From positions 17,298,001-17,362,000 of the forward strand of contig OX597835.1 in assembly GCA_951406725.2 (NCBI GenBank): a stretch of DNA of 64,000 nucleotides, given 5' to 3'. The notes beneath the pieces are model-generated. The model searched no databases. It was not told the origin of the DNA and saw only the letters and a program-made list of their open reading frames with translations. The stretch's first letter is position 1. Each line of letters begins with the position of its first letter. This DNA comes from Octopus vulgaris. Lineage: Eukaryota. The translations under genes were made by a program, and so were the position numbers. Shown here piece after piece: positions 1 to 13,544 of this stretch.

Positions 1-34
1 CGCATCCATTTTCAAGTAAGTTATATATATATAT

Positions 35-188
35 ACGATGAATTTCTTTCAGGTTCCATCTACCAAATCCACTCACAAGCTATTGGTTGACCTGGACCAA
101 TAGTAGAAGACACTTGCCTAAGGTGTCAGGCAGTGAAAGTGGACCCCAAACCATGTGGTTGAGAAGGAAGCTTCTTATCACAAAACCA
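35..188 (-). mobile_element. tRNA-derived SINE family A, 5' half (diverged)
   Basis: Contains ctaccaaatccactcacaag...tagtagaagacacttgcc...ccatgtggttg, the reverse complement of the 5' half of the full copy at 37335-37754. Confidence 0.85.
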
Positions 189-909
189 AAAGTGTCCTAA
201 ATGAATTTTTTCATACTTTATACTCCAACGTCCACTAACATCAAAGAAGTATTTGAAGGAAAATTAGCTGCTATTTCTAGCAGAACAACAACAAAATAGA
301 AGGTGCATTTGTTGGCTTGTTTCGAATTTTGTTTGCACGTACGAGATGTTGCTTTTAATTGAACCACTCTATAAAATTACTTTCTGCAAATGGGATTTTA
401 ATTTTTAAAATTTAACTTCTCGCCCGGAGTAACCAAGAACTGTGATAAATATAAATTAGTTTCTTTACGTTACGTTACACTCACATATGCATACACAGAA
501 ACACACACACACACACGTGCACGCGCACGCACAGAGTAAGACACAAACACACACACACACACACATACATGCATATAAATATATATATATCCATTTGTAT
601 ATTTTATATTTAACTCTACCTTCAACACAACAAAATTGACAGCGAAAGTGAATTAAGTTTTTCAACTCAGGTCTTCGCCTGAAGCGAAGAGTTTTGATGA
701 GAAAGTTTTATATTACATTCTACCAACCCGTGCAAATGTACATGGACACCTTTATTATTGTTGAACCATAGGCATAGAGGCACAGCCCAAATGCGTCGCA
801 GCACATCCTGATTTAATGACGTATGTTATAAAGATGCATCTCACAAGTAGGCACACGCATGCCTCAGTATAAGGAACTCTTCCAGTAAAGAGGTTACAAA
901 CTGTGGCAG

Positions 910-1062
910 AATACCAGTAATTTCGAGGAGAGTACTTATCTTATTGACCTCGGAAAAATGAAAGTCAATCTTTGTGGAATTTGAACTCAGAACATAAAGA
1001 TGGACGAAATACGGATAGGCATTTTTCGCCGCATGTTAACGATTCTACCAGCTGAGGGCCTT
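910..1062 (-). mobile_element. SINE family B, diverged partial copy
   Basis: gtacttatcttattgacc...ggaatttgaactcagaac...gacgaaatac matches the reverse complement of 43582-43812. Confidence 0.75.
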
Positions 1063-1268
1063 AAATCTTTGATGTATAGTAACAGCTATAATATAGAGGC
1101 ATGTTTCATAAGTAAGCACAAACAGCCCTAAGTTTAAGGTCATCTCTCCCAGTATAAACTTTTTCCATAAACAGACGCAATAGCACACGCAGCACAGCTG
1201 TACTCCGGCATACACAATAACAAAGTCATACCATCAGACATGCACACATACCCACACACACACACACA

Positions 1269-1307
<39 letters not shown>

Positions 1308-1463
1308 GACGGTGGTCTCCCACAAAATATTCTTCTGTCATATATTACTCACAATATGGCAGTGAGTCTGGTGTTGCAGTAAAAGATTCCTTTTCAAATT
1401 GCCGCGCTTTGGGATCGAACGTAGAACCACGATGTTGAGAAACAAACCATGTATCCACAGGTA
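1308..1463 (-). mobile_element. SINE family A, old 5' fragment
   Basis: Degenerate match (actcacaa...gtaaaagattcc...gggatcgaac...gaaccacgatgttg) to the family A head. Confidence 0.5.
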
Positions 1464-1853
1464 TAAATATTTCCCAGCTTTACTTCTGTAATAGAGTTAG
1501 TAAAGTAATAAGGAGTTTGAGAAGTTTCTGTTATATAGCGCTACCTGTGTTACATAGCAGTTGAGACGCATTTTGTAGTTTGAAAAACTACAATTCTTTC
1601 TGCACTCACAGCTCACTTATGTAGACATAACTGATATGAAAGCAACATCGGATAGTGGTTTAAACAATAGATTGTTAATGACAATCTATTGTATTAATTA
1701 GAAGACGTGGATATAAAAATAACATGAACAACAATATTAATTACCCAAATATCAACAGATACTGTAAACAACAGTAACAACTAGAGCAAGTATCTCATCG
1801 TTTTTCTTCTTCCACCTCCTCCTTCAACTCATCGTCGTCGTCATCATTCTTTT

Positions 1854-1854
<1 letters not shown>

Positions 1855-1895
<41 letters not shown>

Positions 1896-1920
1896 CAACA
1901 GCAGCAGCAGCAGCAGCAGC
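1855..1920. repeat. (CAG)n microsatellite
   Basis: Direct inspection; source of the poly-A/poly-L ORFs. Confidence 0.95.
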
Positions 1921-2045
1921 GTCATTATCAGCAACGAAGTACCCTCGCAAATGTGTCCTCTGACGTCCTCTGTCATTTCCGAGTACTCTCTCTCTCTCAC
2001 ATACACATATACGCATACAAGTAGGTAAGTATGCAACCGTGAGTA

Positions 2046-2096
<51 letters not shown>

Positions 2097-2881
2097 GTAT
2101 ATATATATATATGCATATATACATCCACATGTTTAAGTCTATGTATGTATGTATCTGCCTATATATACATATGTATATATTCACAAATGTAAATATATAT
2201 CGCTAAATATACATATATACACACACACACACATATATATATGTGTGTGTGTGTGTGTGGAGGGGTGTGTGTATGACTTTGAACAAAAACTCCGGATTCT
2301 CCATTCACGGACTCAAGAGTAAATATAAGAGGAATTCAATACGAGCTGAGATGGAAGTAGTGATGCAGATGAAATGTAATTAGATTTGACGAACAGTCAC
2401 ACAGACACATAAACACACAGATAGACAGACACAAACACATACATATGTACACACACACACACATACACATACATATATATTTACATAGATCATATGAAAT
2501 GCAGATTATTGAAAAGAAAATACATAATCACTTACATCGACAGCTGTTTCAGGAAGCTCAGATTTACGTAATAATCGTAATATTCATAATTTGCAGATAT
2601 TTTGTGTATGCAACCAGTAAACGGTCACACGGAGATATTAAAATATCACTGCCTTTCCTCATCAAGAGGAATTTGACAAAACTCGTTCATACGGTACTGC
2701 CAGAAACTTGAACGGTTGAAGCGAGTGAGGATAAAGAATAAGAATAAAAGGTGAGTAGGGGTTGATTTCTATGATATAAGGGAATGGACAGAGGCAGAAT
2801 AAAAGAAAAGGAAGAAGGTAAAATATCAACTGGCTTTTATGTATGTATGTATGTATGTATGTATGTATGTATGTATGTATG

Positions 2882-2943
<62 letters not shown>

Positions 2944-3037
2944 GAATTAGAGATAAAACCACTATTATGCAACTCAAACAGTGATAGACATAAACCAATA
3001 CATAAATAACAAATAATATATATATATATAACTAATG

Positions 3038-3542
3038 TCTATATATATAAAACTCTAGTTGTGTTAGTGTCTGTCCCCTTCGATTTAGATTCCTAACTTC
3101 TCCCACATTTTGCGGTGCAGTTTAACCAAATTCGGGTATCTTATAGTCGTGATTCATATCGAGCCCGTCTGACTATTAGCGCGCGTCAACGATGAGTCTA
3201 CGATTTTAAAAATAATTTAACATCATTTTTTATTCCATTTTAATGCATAAAATGCATCGTATGTCGATGGCGGCGGATTTGGCGTCCACGCTCACAGCTG
3301 CACCTGTTTGCTTCTCCCCTTCCCTCCCTCGTGAAGCTGTGGGGAAGGGAGTGTAAAGAAATCAACGTCGTAATGCGTTGTGAAGGAAACCAGCGTTCTT
3401 TTAGAACAACGACTTCATGGCTTGAAGACACCAAAACAAAAATGGCTAAGAAAGCCCGAATTTATAAGGGAAGTAACTCTCTAAAAATGCTTATATAGTT
3501 ATTTCCCTTACAAACCCGAGCAACGCCGGGCGATACTGCTAG
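3038..3542 (+). mobile_element. Non-autonomous Helitron
   Basis: 5' TCTATATATATAA at 3038, subterminal GC hairpin cccgagcaacgccggg at 3515-3530, 3' CTAG at 3539-3542 followed by T, no TSD. Both ends are homologous to 63556-63952. Confidence 0.85.
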
Positions 3543-3720
3543 TAATATATAAAATACGTTTCATGGCTATAATTATATTCGAATTACAATCAAGTTTAAA
3601 TTCAATTGAAATAAATTTGAACTAAAATTATAGTCAATCTTCAGGTTAATGATAATAGTTAAATAAATAAGCAAATAGAGTTACAAAAGGTTACAATTCG
3701 TCATCGAAAAGGGGATTTAC

Positions 3721-3996
3721 AATTGTCACAAAATGTGACTAAGTTGTTAAAAAAACTCCTTCATTGCTAGAAATAAGAGCTAAAATGCTCCAATGCTGTA
3801 CTTAACGCATATAAATGAATACATATACACTATCAAGGACCATAATTGTACGAAAAATGCCAACCGGACAATTATGATCCCTGTTAATGCATATTTTTTT
3901 TATTCACGTTCGTTAACTTCAGTATTAGAGCATTTTAGCTCTTATTTCTAGCAATGCAGATGCTGTTCAACACCCTAGTAACATTTAGTGACAATT
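3721..3996. repeat. Long imperfect inverted repeat (fold-back)
   Basis: Perfect 29-bp complement 3762-3790/3928-3956; outer aattgtcac/gtgacaatt; inner cataattgt/acaattatg; loop ~3853-3864. Confidence 0.92.
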
Positions 3997-4007
3997 TTAT
4001 ATATAAT

Positions 4008-4056
<49 letters not shown>

Positions 4057-4068
4057 ATATATATTTAC

Positions 4069-4103
<35 letters not shown>

Positions 4104-4193
4104 GAGAGAGAGATATACATAGTTATATAAATACATACAATTATCTATGTATATATTTATCTGACTGTCTTTCTGTCTGTCTGTATGTCTAAC

Positions 4194-4246
<53 letters not shown>

Positions 4247-4884
4247 TACCTATCTATCTGTCAATGGGGAAGCAATCATGTATGTGCAAGGCTTGGTCTT
4301 TCTCTGTCCCTTTCCTTCTCTCTACCTGTGTGTGCACCCGTATGTGCGTGTGCATGTGTATTTATGTGTGCGTTTTACGAGTATGTGCTTTTATTCGCGT
4401 ACGCCTTATTCCTTCAGCAATCTACCCCATACACGAGTAACATGGTCCTTCACTTGCAATTCAAAACAGTTCTACCTGATGCTGTCTTTGATGAAATACT
4501 ATCACCAAAGCGATTCCAAAAATGGTCGGTTTCCTCTCTATCTGTCTGTGTGTGTCAGTGCATACCTCATGCATCTGTTTTTTTTTTTTTTTTTATCAAT
4601 GCCTCAACGAAATGGCAGATCGTTTGTTTGTAAGAATGAAATAAAAGAGAGAAGAATAAAGACGAAAAAGAAAGAAAAGAGAAGAAAAAAAAAAGCAGTG
4701 AACGAAGTTGCTTTCTTGGCTCTCTCTCTCTTTTATTTTTGTTTTTGCTGTAGTTTCTGTATGTGTACTTTTTAAAAGAATTTTCCGATGAAATTATCGA
4801 ATTTATCTATCTAACATGTACAATAATGTTGTTTGTTTGAGATGTTTTATTTCTCTATCTGTTTATTTCCTCAGAAATCTTTTT

Positions 4885-4885
4885 G

Positions 4886-4918
<33 letters not shown>

Positions 4919-5089
4919 CCACCACCATTTTCAACCACCGCTTTGTCCTCCTTATTATTATTATTATTATTATTATTATTGCTGCTGTCAATATTGTTGT
5001 TGTTATTATTATCTTTTATTGTTCTCATCATCATGATCATCATGATGATCATCATCATCATCACCATTTCAACCACTGCTTTGTCTTCC

Positions 5090-5121
<32 letters not shown>

Positions 5122-5260
5122 GCTGTCAATATTGTTGTTATTGTTATTATTTTTTATTGTTCTCATCATCATCACCATTATTATTATTATTATTATTATT
5201 ATTGTTGTCAATATTGTTGTTATTGTTATTATTTTTTATTGTTCTCATCATCATCATCAC

Positions 5261-5311
<51 letters not shown>

Positions 5312-5830
5312 CATTATTATTATTGTTATCTTTATCGTTGCTACTTTTTGGTTTGTCAAACATTTTTTTTTAACCCCACTCCAATGTTTTTCGAGTATTC
5401 CATGGTATTTTGTTGCACATTTCAAAAAAAATTTTTTATATCTTCTCCTTCACCTACTCCTACGCCATATTTTCGTTCTTCATCATCCTCAGCATCATCG
5501 TCATCATCATCATCGTCGTCGTAGTCATCATCATTATTATCACCGTCATCATTTTCGTCACCATCGTTATCAGCATCATTATCGCAACACCACCACCACC
5601 ATCTTCATCAACACGCCATCACCAGCACCACCCCCACCATTACCATCACCACTTCCTCCACCATCACCATCATCATTATCATCATCATCGTCGTCGTCAC
5701 TACCACCACTACCACCATCAGCATCACCACCAGAACCATCAAGATCATTATCATGATCCACATCACCGACACCCCAAAACCATCACCGCGACCACCGCCA
5801 CCTCTCCATCATCATCATGATCATCATGAT
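4885..5830. repeat. Compound trinucleotide repeat region (CAT/TAT/CAC) with higher-order reiteration
   Basis: Module (cat)n-caccatt...(tat)n-tgtcaatattgttgt repeated about 3 times at 4885-5300, then a CAT/CAC-rich tract. Confidence 0.9.
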
Positions 5831-6544
5831 CATCTCCCTGATCTTTTCTCTTCTTTCTTTCCTTCTCCTCCCCCCTCCCACCTCGCCTTACATTCATCCA
5901 ATATTTTTAATGGAGGGAAAAGTCTAAAGAGATAAACAGATATATTATTTGCTTGCTTGATCTTTCGTCGTCTCTGCGACATGCTGAAGGGAAAGCCAGG
6001 TTATTAATCCTCAACATTTCCTCTTCCTTTTTCTCCTTCTCCGTCTCTCTCACTCTCTCTCTCTCTCTCTCTCTCTCTCATTCACAACTAATGCTTCTCT
6101 TTCAATTCCTGTAAGTACAATTTGTTTAGATTCTCAGAGAATCTGATTTACATTTCTGTAACATTATTTCCATTCCTATTGATTTCATGTACAACACTTT
6201 TAGTTCTTCAAAGAATACTTGTAAAACCGTTTGAATCGAATTCCGCTTTATCTATCAACTTCCATAGGATTTATCACTTTTGCAAAATTCTGTTGCGAAA
6301 GGAATTAGTTGAATTAGAGGAAATAGCCGAATATGTAAGTTCTTTTGAACTCCAAAACGAGGTATGGAGCCGTAAGATTATATCTCGACAAACACATTGT
6401 ATCATCGCTTTATTCAACAGCCTCTACATCCCTATCATTTAGTTTCGTCTGCCATGAAGTAAAAATAGGTAATAGTTAGTTAGGGTTGTTTTAAACGATA
6501 ACATGTTATTCGAGAGAGTTAGAGATGGAGGGAGGTTTCGGTAA

Positions 6545-6950
6545 CATTAGTTCTGTTCTGCATCAGCAAAAAATTTCTAGGAATCTAGTGCTTCTCTGCG
6601 TCAGCAAATATCTAAGGAAACTAGGGCTGGCTTGCGTAAGTAAAATCTGTGAAAAGCAGACCTGATTTGCATCAGAAAAGAGAAAAAGCGACGTTGAGAA
6701 AACTGGTTGTGGTTAGATTTGTTATATCAGCAAAAACTAGAATTGGTCTGTATCAGTAAATGTTTTACGAAGTTATAATTTTCTTGCTGCATCAGAAAAT
6801 ATCCCAGGGGAATATTTTAGCTTCAAAAGACAAATTATGGACACTGGTTCTCGTTTAAGACTTGGAAATCTGTGAAACTACTGTTGGTCCTTATCTTGAA
6901 GAATCTCAGGAAAATGTGTTGATCTATCTTGAAGTTAAAAATTCCATGAA
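6545..6950. repeat. Degenerate minisatellite, ~35-40 bp unit
   Basis: Recurring tgcatcagcaaa...tct.ggaa.ctag variants. Confidence 0.6.
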
Positions 6951-7019
6951 ACAAATAAACATTTCTTGAAATGCATACAAAACAGCGAGAATCTAAGAGG
7001 CAACGTACTTACTATTGCT

Positions 7020-7131
7020 TGATACGCTCTGACAGATTTGAGTGTTAGTTATGAGACTCTAAAAGGTGTTTTCTGATGACCGAAAACAACAGCGGTCAGA
7101 TACTCACGTTCAAATCTGCCAGAATATATCA
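7020..7131. repeat. Short fold-back element (MITE-like hairpin)
   Basis: gatacgctctgacagatttgagtgttagt is imperfectly complementary to actcacgttcaaatctgccagaatatatc; inner gttttc/gaaaac. Confidence 0.7.
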
Positions 7132-7133
7132 TG

Positions 7134-7713
7134 AGGGGCTAAACACAGAGAGGACAAACAAGGACACACAAACGGATTAAGTCGATTATATCGACCCCAG
7201 TGCGTAACTGGTACTTATTTAATCGACCCTGGAAGGATAAAAGGCAAAGTCAACCTCGGCGGAATTTGAACTCAGAAAGTAGAAGGAGACGAAATACTTA
7301 TTTATTTACTACCCACAAGGGGCTAAACACAGAAGTGACAAACAAGGACACACAAACGGATTAAGTCGATTACATCGACCCCAGTGCGTAACTGGTACTT
7401 TTATTTATCGACCCTGGAAGGATAAAAGGCAAAGTCGACCTCGGCGGAATTTGAACTCAGAAGGTAGCGACAGACGGAATACCTATTTCTTTATTACCCA
7501 CAAGGGGCTAAACATAGAGGGGACAAACAAGGACAGACATATGTATTAAGTCGATTACATCGACCCCAGTGCGTAACTGGTACTTAATTTATCGACCTCG
7601 ATAGGATGAAAGGCAAAGTCGACCTCGGCGGAATTTGAACTCACAACGTAACGCAGACGGAATACCGCTAAGCATTTCGTCCGGCGCGCTAACGAGTCTG
7701 CCAGCTCGACGCC
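7134..7713 (-). mobile_element. SINE family B tandem trimer (one full copy plus two headless ~185-bp units)
   Basis: Three copies of aggggctaaac...ggaatttgaactc with junctions near 7298 and 7483. The head ggcgtcgagctggcag occurs only at 7713. Confidence 0.93.
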
Positions 7714-8395
7714 TTAAACAACAACAACAATAATATGTGATTGGTAAGAACCATAGTTGTGATGGCATTGTGGAGGACTCAGCAAAATAGTTAGAAAGGA
7801 ATCATGGAAGAACTCAATTTAGTAAATGGTAAAATGGCAGCGAAGACATTCCTAATGGCTGCTGTTAAAATGGCGACCTCATTTTATGGATTCATTATGG
7901 ATGAGATTTCTTAGGTATTTAACACTATCTTCGAAACAGAAGGTCACTACATACACATCCTGCTACGCTTTGAGTGTCTTAGTTCTTATTTCTCTTCATC
8001 TAACTTCTTCCTCTTTCCGCCTCATTCACCACCAGCAACACCTCAGTCACCAGTTCTCTATAAGCATTTGCTCTCTCTCTCTCTCTCTCTGTATCTCTGT
8101 CCTTACTTCACTGTGTATGAACCTCTACATCTGTGTATATGTGTGTGTGTGTATCTCTCTTTCTCTCTCTTCCCCATTCGCTCTCTCTCTCTTTCTCCCT
8201 TTCTGTGTCCTACACAGCTTGTATTACAGGCAATTAGAGTCACACGCAATTATGATCACGCAAGTATACACACACACACACATATTCACTCACTCACACA
8301 CACATACACATGTACGTATGTATGTACATAAGTGTGTGTGTGTTTATATCTATATCTATATCTATCTACTATATACATAATCATAGTCATTATAC

Positions 8396-8461
<66 letters not shown>

Positions 8462-8968
8462 GTGTGTATGTTTGTATAAGTACTTGCACTTATTCTCAGA
8501 CAAGTATATGCGAGCATTGTTAGTCCAAACTGACAAGATGAAACCCCCAGGAAAGTTCGGCTGAACACACATATGTATGCATATACGTACACATATGCAT
8601 ATACACCCATACACACACATATACATATATACATATATGTGTATCTATATACATCTATGTATACACCAACATACATACACGCTCTCATAGACACATATGC
8701 ATATACATATATGGATGGATGTAGATGTGTGTGTCGATGCTCCTGAAAGCTATGCCAAACCTAATACTCTCTGATAACGTTTAAACGTTTATTGGTTGTA
8801 TTGTTGAGAAAGGCTACTCTGTTTGACCAATCACTTTGCTCCAGTTGATCCACTGATCACGGAATTGTTCTCTTCATTAGACGTTGAATATAGCTTTCGG
8901 ATAATTGGTGAGTGTAACGAGAGACAGTGCGAGATAGATAGATAGATAGATAGATATATGAATAGATG

Positions 8969-9022
<54 letters not shown>

Positions 9023-9148
9023 GAGTGAAAGAGAGAGAAGAAGGGCTAGAGATGGGCATATTAAGACGAATGTGGGAAATGATATAAAGTGCATTGTAAG
9101 TGAGAAGAAAAGGGTTATGAGTTAAGGGATTCAGGACAAATTGTATAC

Positions 9149-9192
<44 letters not shown>

Positions 9193-9224
9193 CTATTTGT
9201 GTTTATATGTGTACATACACATGA

Positions 9225-9273
<49 letters not shown>

Positions 9274-9366
9274 TATTTATTTATATATATATATATACAT
9301 ATACATACATACATATATACATATACATACATACATATATACATATACATACATACATATATACAT

Positions 9367-9430
<64 letters not shown>

Positions 9431-10567
9431 TGTGTTAGAAAAGAATTGACTTAAAAAGTTATGGCAGCATCGAGGGAGATGGAGAGAGATTGAAACAAAA
9501 ACCTAAAAAATGATAAGAAAAAGAGAAAATGAGAGAGAGACAGAAAGAGAGCGAGGGGGGGGGGAATGAGAAGGAGGGAGCGAGAGAGAGGGAGAGGGAG
9601 AAGAAGGGAGAAAAAGAGAGTTGGGAATTTCAGTGATCGGTATAAATCGATTGTCAAATGTATAGTATGGAAAGTGTACTGTAAGTATTTAAAAGTATTA
9701 TTTACAGGAGAACTTTGGAGAAGAATTACAGTTGTCATTGATGGACAAATAGTGCTTTTGGTTGGAAAACTTAGTTCGGATTACTGAGGAGGAAGTGAAA
9801 GTGGTGAAGAGGAAAGAGAAAGATGAGGAAGGGTGGGTGAAGTAAAGGAAAAATGGGCAGTCAATGTGTATAAATTTCATAAAGGGTAATTGCTCATTCG
9901 GGGGAATATAGACGTTGTCGTTTCATGTACTTCCGCCTCGATCACGTGTTTCCGCTAATGTTGTTGACATGGATGTGTTGGGGGACGTCACGCTCCAGAT
10001 ATGTTAGTCGTGATATCCTTCTGGCCGATGTTGTAAAAACGACACTAATATCTAAGCATTGCCTAAGTCTAATTAGGTTACCTACGAAAAAAAAAAAAAG
10101 AAACAATGCCCTAGCAAGCGACCCTTCACAAACTGTATATCCACAATCACTTTCTACTTTACAAAAATGCAGGACAATGTAGAATAACGAGACAAAGACA
10201 TAAAAAATTCACAGTCGAGCATAACATATATGCATTCCAATCATCAGCTGGTGAAACGGATATCATGATGGTTTCGACACCTGGATAGGACCATTCAACT
10301 CGGCGGTGGTTACAGTGTTAAAAATGTAAGCTCTATCCGTTAGAAACAGTTGTTTTATAGATGATATTGAATGAGGACTGATCTCCTTCCTCCAAGAACT
10401 CATCTTCAGCTGAGTGTCTGAGAACAGCGAGAAATGTATTGCAAAGTTCGAGAACACAATCCGCCCGCAGAGGAGACGTAACAGTTACAGAATATTCTTC
10501 CTATTTCCTAGACAACATGTCCGCATAAGAAAGACTAATATCCGCTAACACACAATACATGTATCCA

Positions 10568-10626
<59 letters not shown>

Positions 10627-10859
10627 TATATGTATATATATCTATGTGTGTGTGGGTGCCCAAACAACGCAAGTAATAAATAATACAAGTTGATGGCTTG
10701 CACTATTACTTTCTATTTTTATATTTCGGGGTTTCGACCCCTCCTCCAGGAAGTCTTCGGAGAAATAGTGTAGTGGTCTGAGTTCTATGTTAAGTTGTGC
10801 ACGCACACACACACTAACACACACACACACACACACGCACACACACAAACACACAATCA

Positions 10860-11415
10860 CACACACACACATGCTCGCACGCATAAACACACTCACACAT
10901 ACACACACATAAACACGTACAGACAGGCGCACACAAATATACACATGTATGTATATATCTACATATATATATACACACATATATATGTATATATAGACAT
11001 ATATGTATTTATACATATATAGATTCACACACACACACACACACATTCACACACACACATGCTCGCACGCATAAACACACTCACACATACACACACATAA
11101 ACACGTACAGACAAGCGCTACAAATATACACATGTGTGTATATATCTACATATATATATACACATATATATATGTATATATAGACATATATGTATTTATA
11201 CATATATCGGTTCACACACATACACACACACACATTCACACACACACATGCTCGCACGCATAAACACACTCACACATACGCACACATAAACACGTACAGA
11301 CAGGCGCACACAAATATACACATATATGTATATATCTACATATATATATATACACATATATATATATGTATATATAGACATATATGTATTTATACATATA
11401 TAGGTTCACACACAC
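10860..11415. repeat. Tandem triplication of a ~188-bp low-complexity unit
   Basis: Anchor atgctcgcacgcataaac at 10871, 11059 and 11248. Confidence 0.93.
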
Positions 11416-11649
11416 ACACAGACACCCCCCACACGCACACACACACACAATATTAGCCGGAGGTGAAAATGTTTATTGATAAAACACCAATTCCAAACTC
11501 CACCAATAGGTAAAATAATATCGATCCAGTCATGGATTTATTTTCTCAATGAAGCCTGCAAGACTTATCTGACAGTCTGCTTGTGTCAAGAAGTAAAATC
11601 TTCCACTCTTAAGAATTACCAACACAATGAATAATGGCGGCGGTTCGAT

Positions 11650-12170
11650 ATTGAAAACACCAGTGTTACAGTAGAAATGTCACAGCGAAATACTGCCTTC
11701 TTCTTAAAGGATCATACGGAAAGGCTATAATAAATGGAATAACAGAATTAGATCTATCGTAATAATTCAATATCAGAATACCAGATTTGTTAGAGAAAAA
11801 TATATAGAAAAAAGAATTGTGCCGTTGTGGTTTAAAAGATCACACGAAAGACAGATGTACGGAAAAATAGCAGAATAAAGGAATAACAGAATTAGATTAT
11901 TGTGTTTCATAGTAGAACACCAGCTTTTCTCGTCGATATAACACAAAGTACAGCTGACTGTTTCTTAAAGGATCTCTTGAACTACAGTAGTATGAGAATA
12001 AGTGAATAGATGAATAAGAGAATTAAATTACAGTAATTCATATTAGAACGTCAGTTTTTTTTTCTCGTCGATGAGACAAAAATATACAGCTGTTTCTTAA
12101 AGGATTTCATGAAATACACCAGCATGAGAATGGAAGGATAGAAGAATGGGATAATAAAATTATAGTGAGG
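11650..12170. repeat. Degenerate ~130-bp tandem repeat
   Basis: Anchor ttcttaaaggat(c) or a variant near 11701, 11830, 11962, 12094; a further unit near 13614. Confidence 0.7.
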
Positions 12171-12240
12171 CGCCAGCGTGGTTCTGTGGTACAAAGTTTG
12201 CTTTTTAATCACTTGTTTTCGGTTTCGGTTCCACCCAGCA
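12170..12240 (+). mobile_element. SINE family A head fragment
   Basis: ggcgccagcgtggttctgtggtacaaagtttgct...ggtttcggttccac resembles the family A tRNA-like head. Confidence 0.55.
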
Positions 12241-12739
12241 AAGCCAGCAGCAAGAGATTTGTTTCTACGTTATTGCTCGTCATCAGACTGGAGTTGCATT
12301 GCTTGCTAGCTGTCGATGCCCATCTGACTCTGTGAACATATAATAAGTTCTTTTTTAATCTAAAACAGACTCTCCTTCATTTTCTACAATGCTCTTCCAT
12401 CTTTACATTAATTACATTATTTACATTCGACGGATATTTGTCCACGTCTTGTTTGTTATTAACACAACGTTTTTGCCTTGATTGAACTTATAAAGCAAAA
12501 TATGTTGAGTATGTTCATTTGTTACTTCCATTATAGCTTTGGAAAAATAACTGTTAAAATGGAGCTGCATTCTTCAAAATTTACACTAAGAGTAAGGACA
12601 AGGTAAAAATTACTATCTGCTTTTATAGCAAGTTGGTGCAGGTAGTTTATCCCGTCCCTCTTCGACTTTTAGCTCAAGCAATTAAAAATCTGCATTATTT
12701 ATGGGATGACCCAATATATCTGTGTTTGTGTGTGTTTTG

Positions 12740-13240
12740 TAGAGGTTAGTGTGTGCAGTTACGATCGCAAAATTATCGGTTCGGTTCGATTCCTGGAACT
12801 GCCTAGTGCACCGTATTCTCGACCAAAGTGTTTAATTTGCGATCACTTCGACACCTGGCCCCTGGCATACCACGCAGCTGTTTCGGGTAACGTCGACGGG
12901 GTGAGCTTTTGTGCAACACCACTATTTAATCACTATGAAGAAATCATCTGCGCAGGTTCTTCAGGCAAAAAATTGCAAACCCGCTTTTGTCGAACTCGAA
13001 ACACTACCATTCAGTCAAATCTGTATTTGTGTTTCTTACCCCGCTGCAACCTCTTGACAGCCGCTGTTGGTTTGCCTTCATCCCCATAAATTAGCGATTC
13101 GACAAAAGAGAACGATAGAATTAGTTTTAAAAAAGCAAAGAAAAATTAAGTTCTTGTGACGATTTATTCGAGTAAACACAATCAAAGCGGTGTCCCCAGC
13201 GTGGCCGTAGTCGAAAGGCTGAAATAAGTTGACGATAAAA
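12740..13240 (+). mobile_element. Old tRNA-derived SINE ending in the family A 3' module
   Basis: B-box-like ggttcgattcc near 12784; 13020-13240 aligns to the family A 3' half (ttagcgattcgacaaaagagaacgatagaat...cagcgtggccgtagtc...ctgaaataagt). Confidence 0.7.
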
Positions 13241-13243
13241 GGT

Positions 13244-13544
13244 GGCGGCGCAGTGGCCGATTGGATAGGGCAACGGACTCGAGGTCGGACGATCACGGTT
13301 TCGATTCCCAGACCGGGTGTTGTGTGCGTTTATTGAGCGAAAACACCGAAAGCTCCACGAAAGCGACCCCTGTTGTACTCTTTCGCCACAAATTTCTCTC
13401 ACTCTCTCTTCCTGTTTCTTGAGTAACGCTGCGATGGACTGGCATCCCATTCAGCTGGTGGGAGGACACATACGCCGCAGAAACCGGGAAACCGGGCCCA
13501 TGAGCCTGGCTAGGCTTGAGAAGGGCGACAAAAGAAAAAAAAAA
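13244..13544 (+). mobile_element. SINE family C (tRNA-Arg-like head), near full length
   Basis: A box tggccgattgg, B box gtttcgattcc, body ctgcgatggactggcatccc...agaaaccggg, A-rich tail. Homologous to 33446-33588 and 34611-34800. Confidence 0.88.

Noticed and set aside
7073-7090. ctgatgaccgaaaac as a hammerhead core
   Set aside because: No room for stem II and no stem III/UH; it is the loop of a fold-back element.
7134-7713. Regularly spaced repeats as a CRISPR array
   Set aside because: Whole ~185-bp units repeat with no unique spacers; SINE-derived, eukaryotic context, no cas genes.
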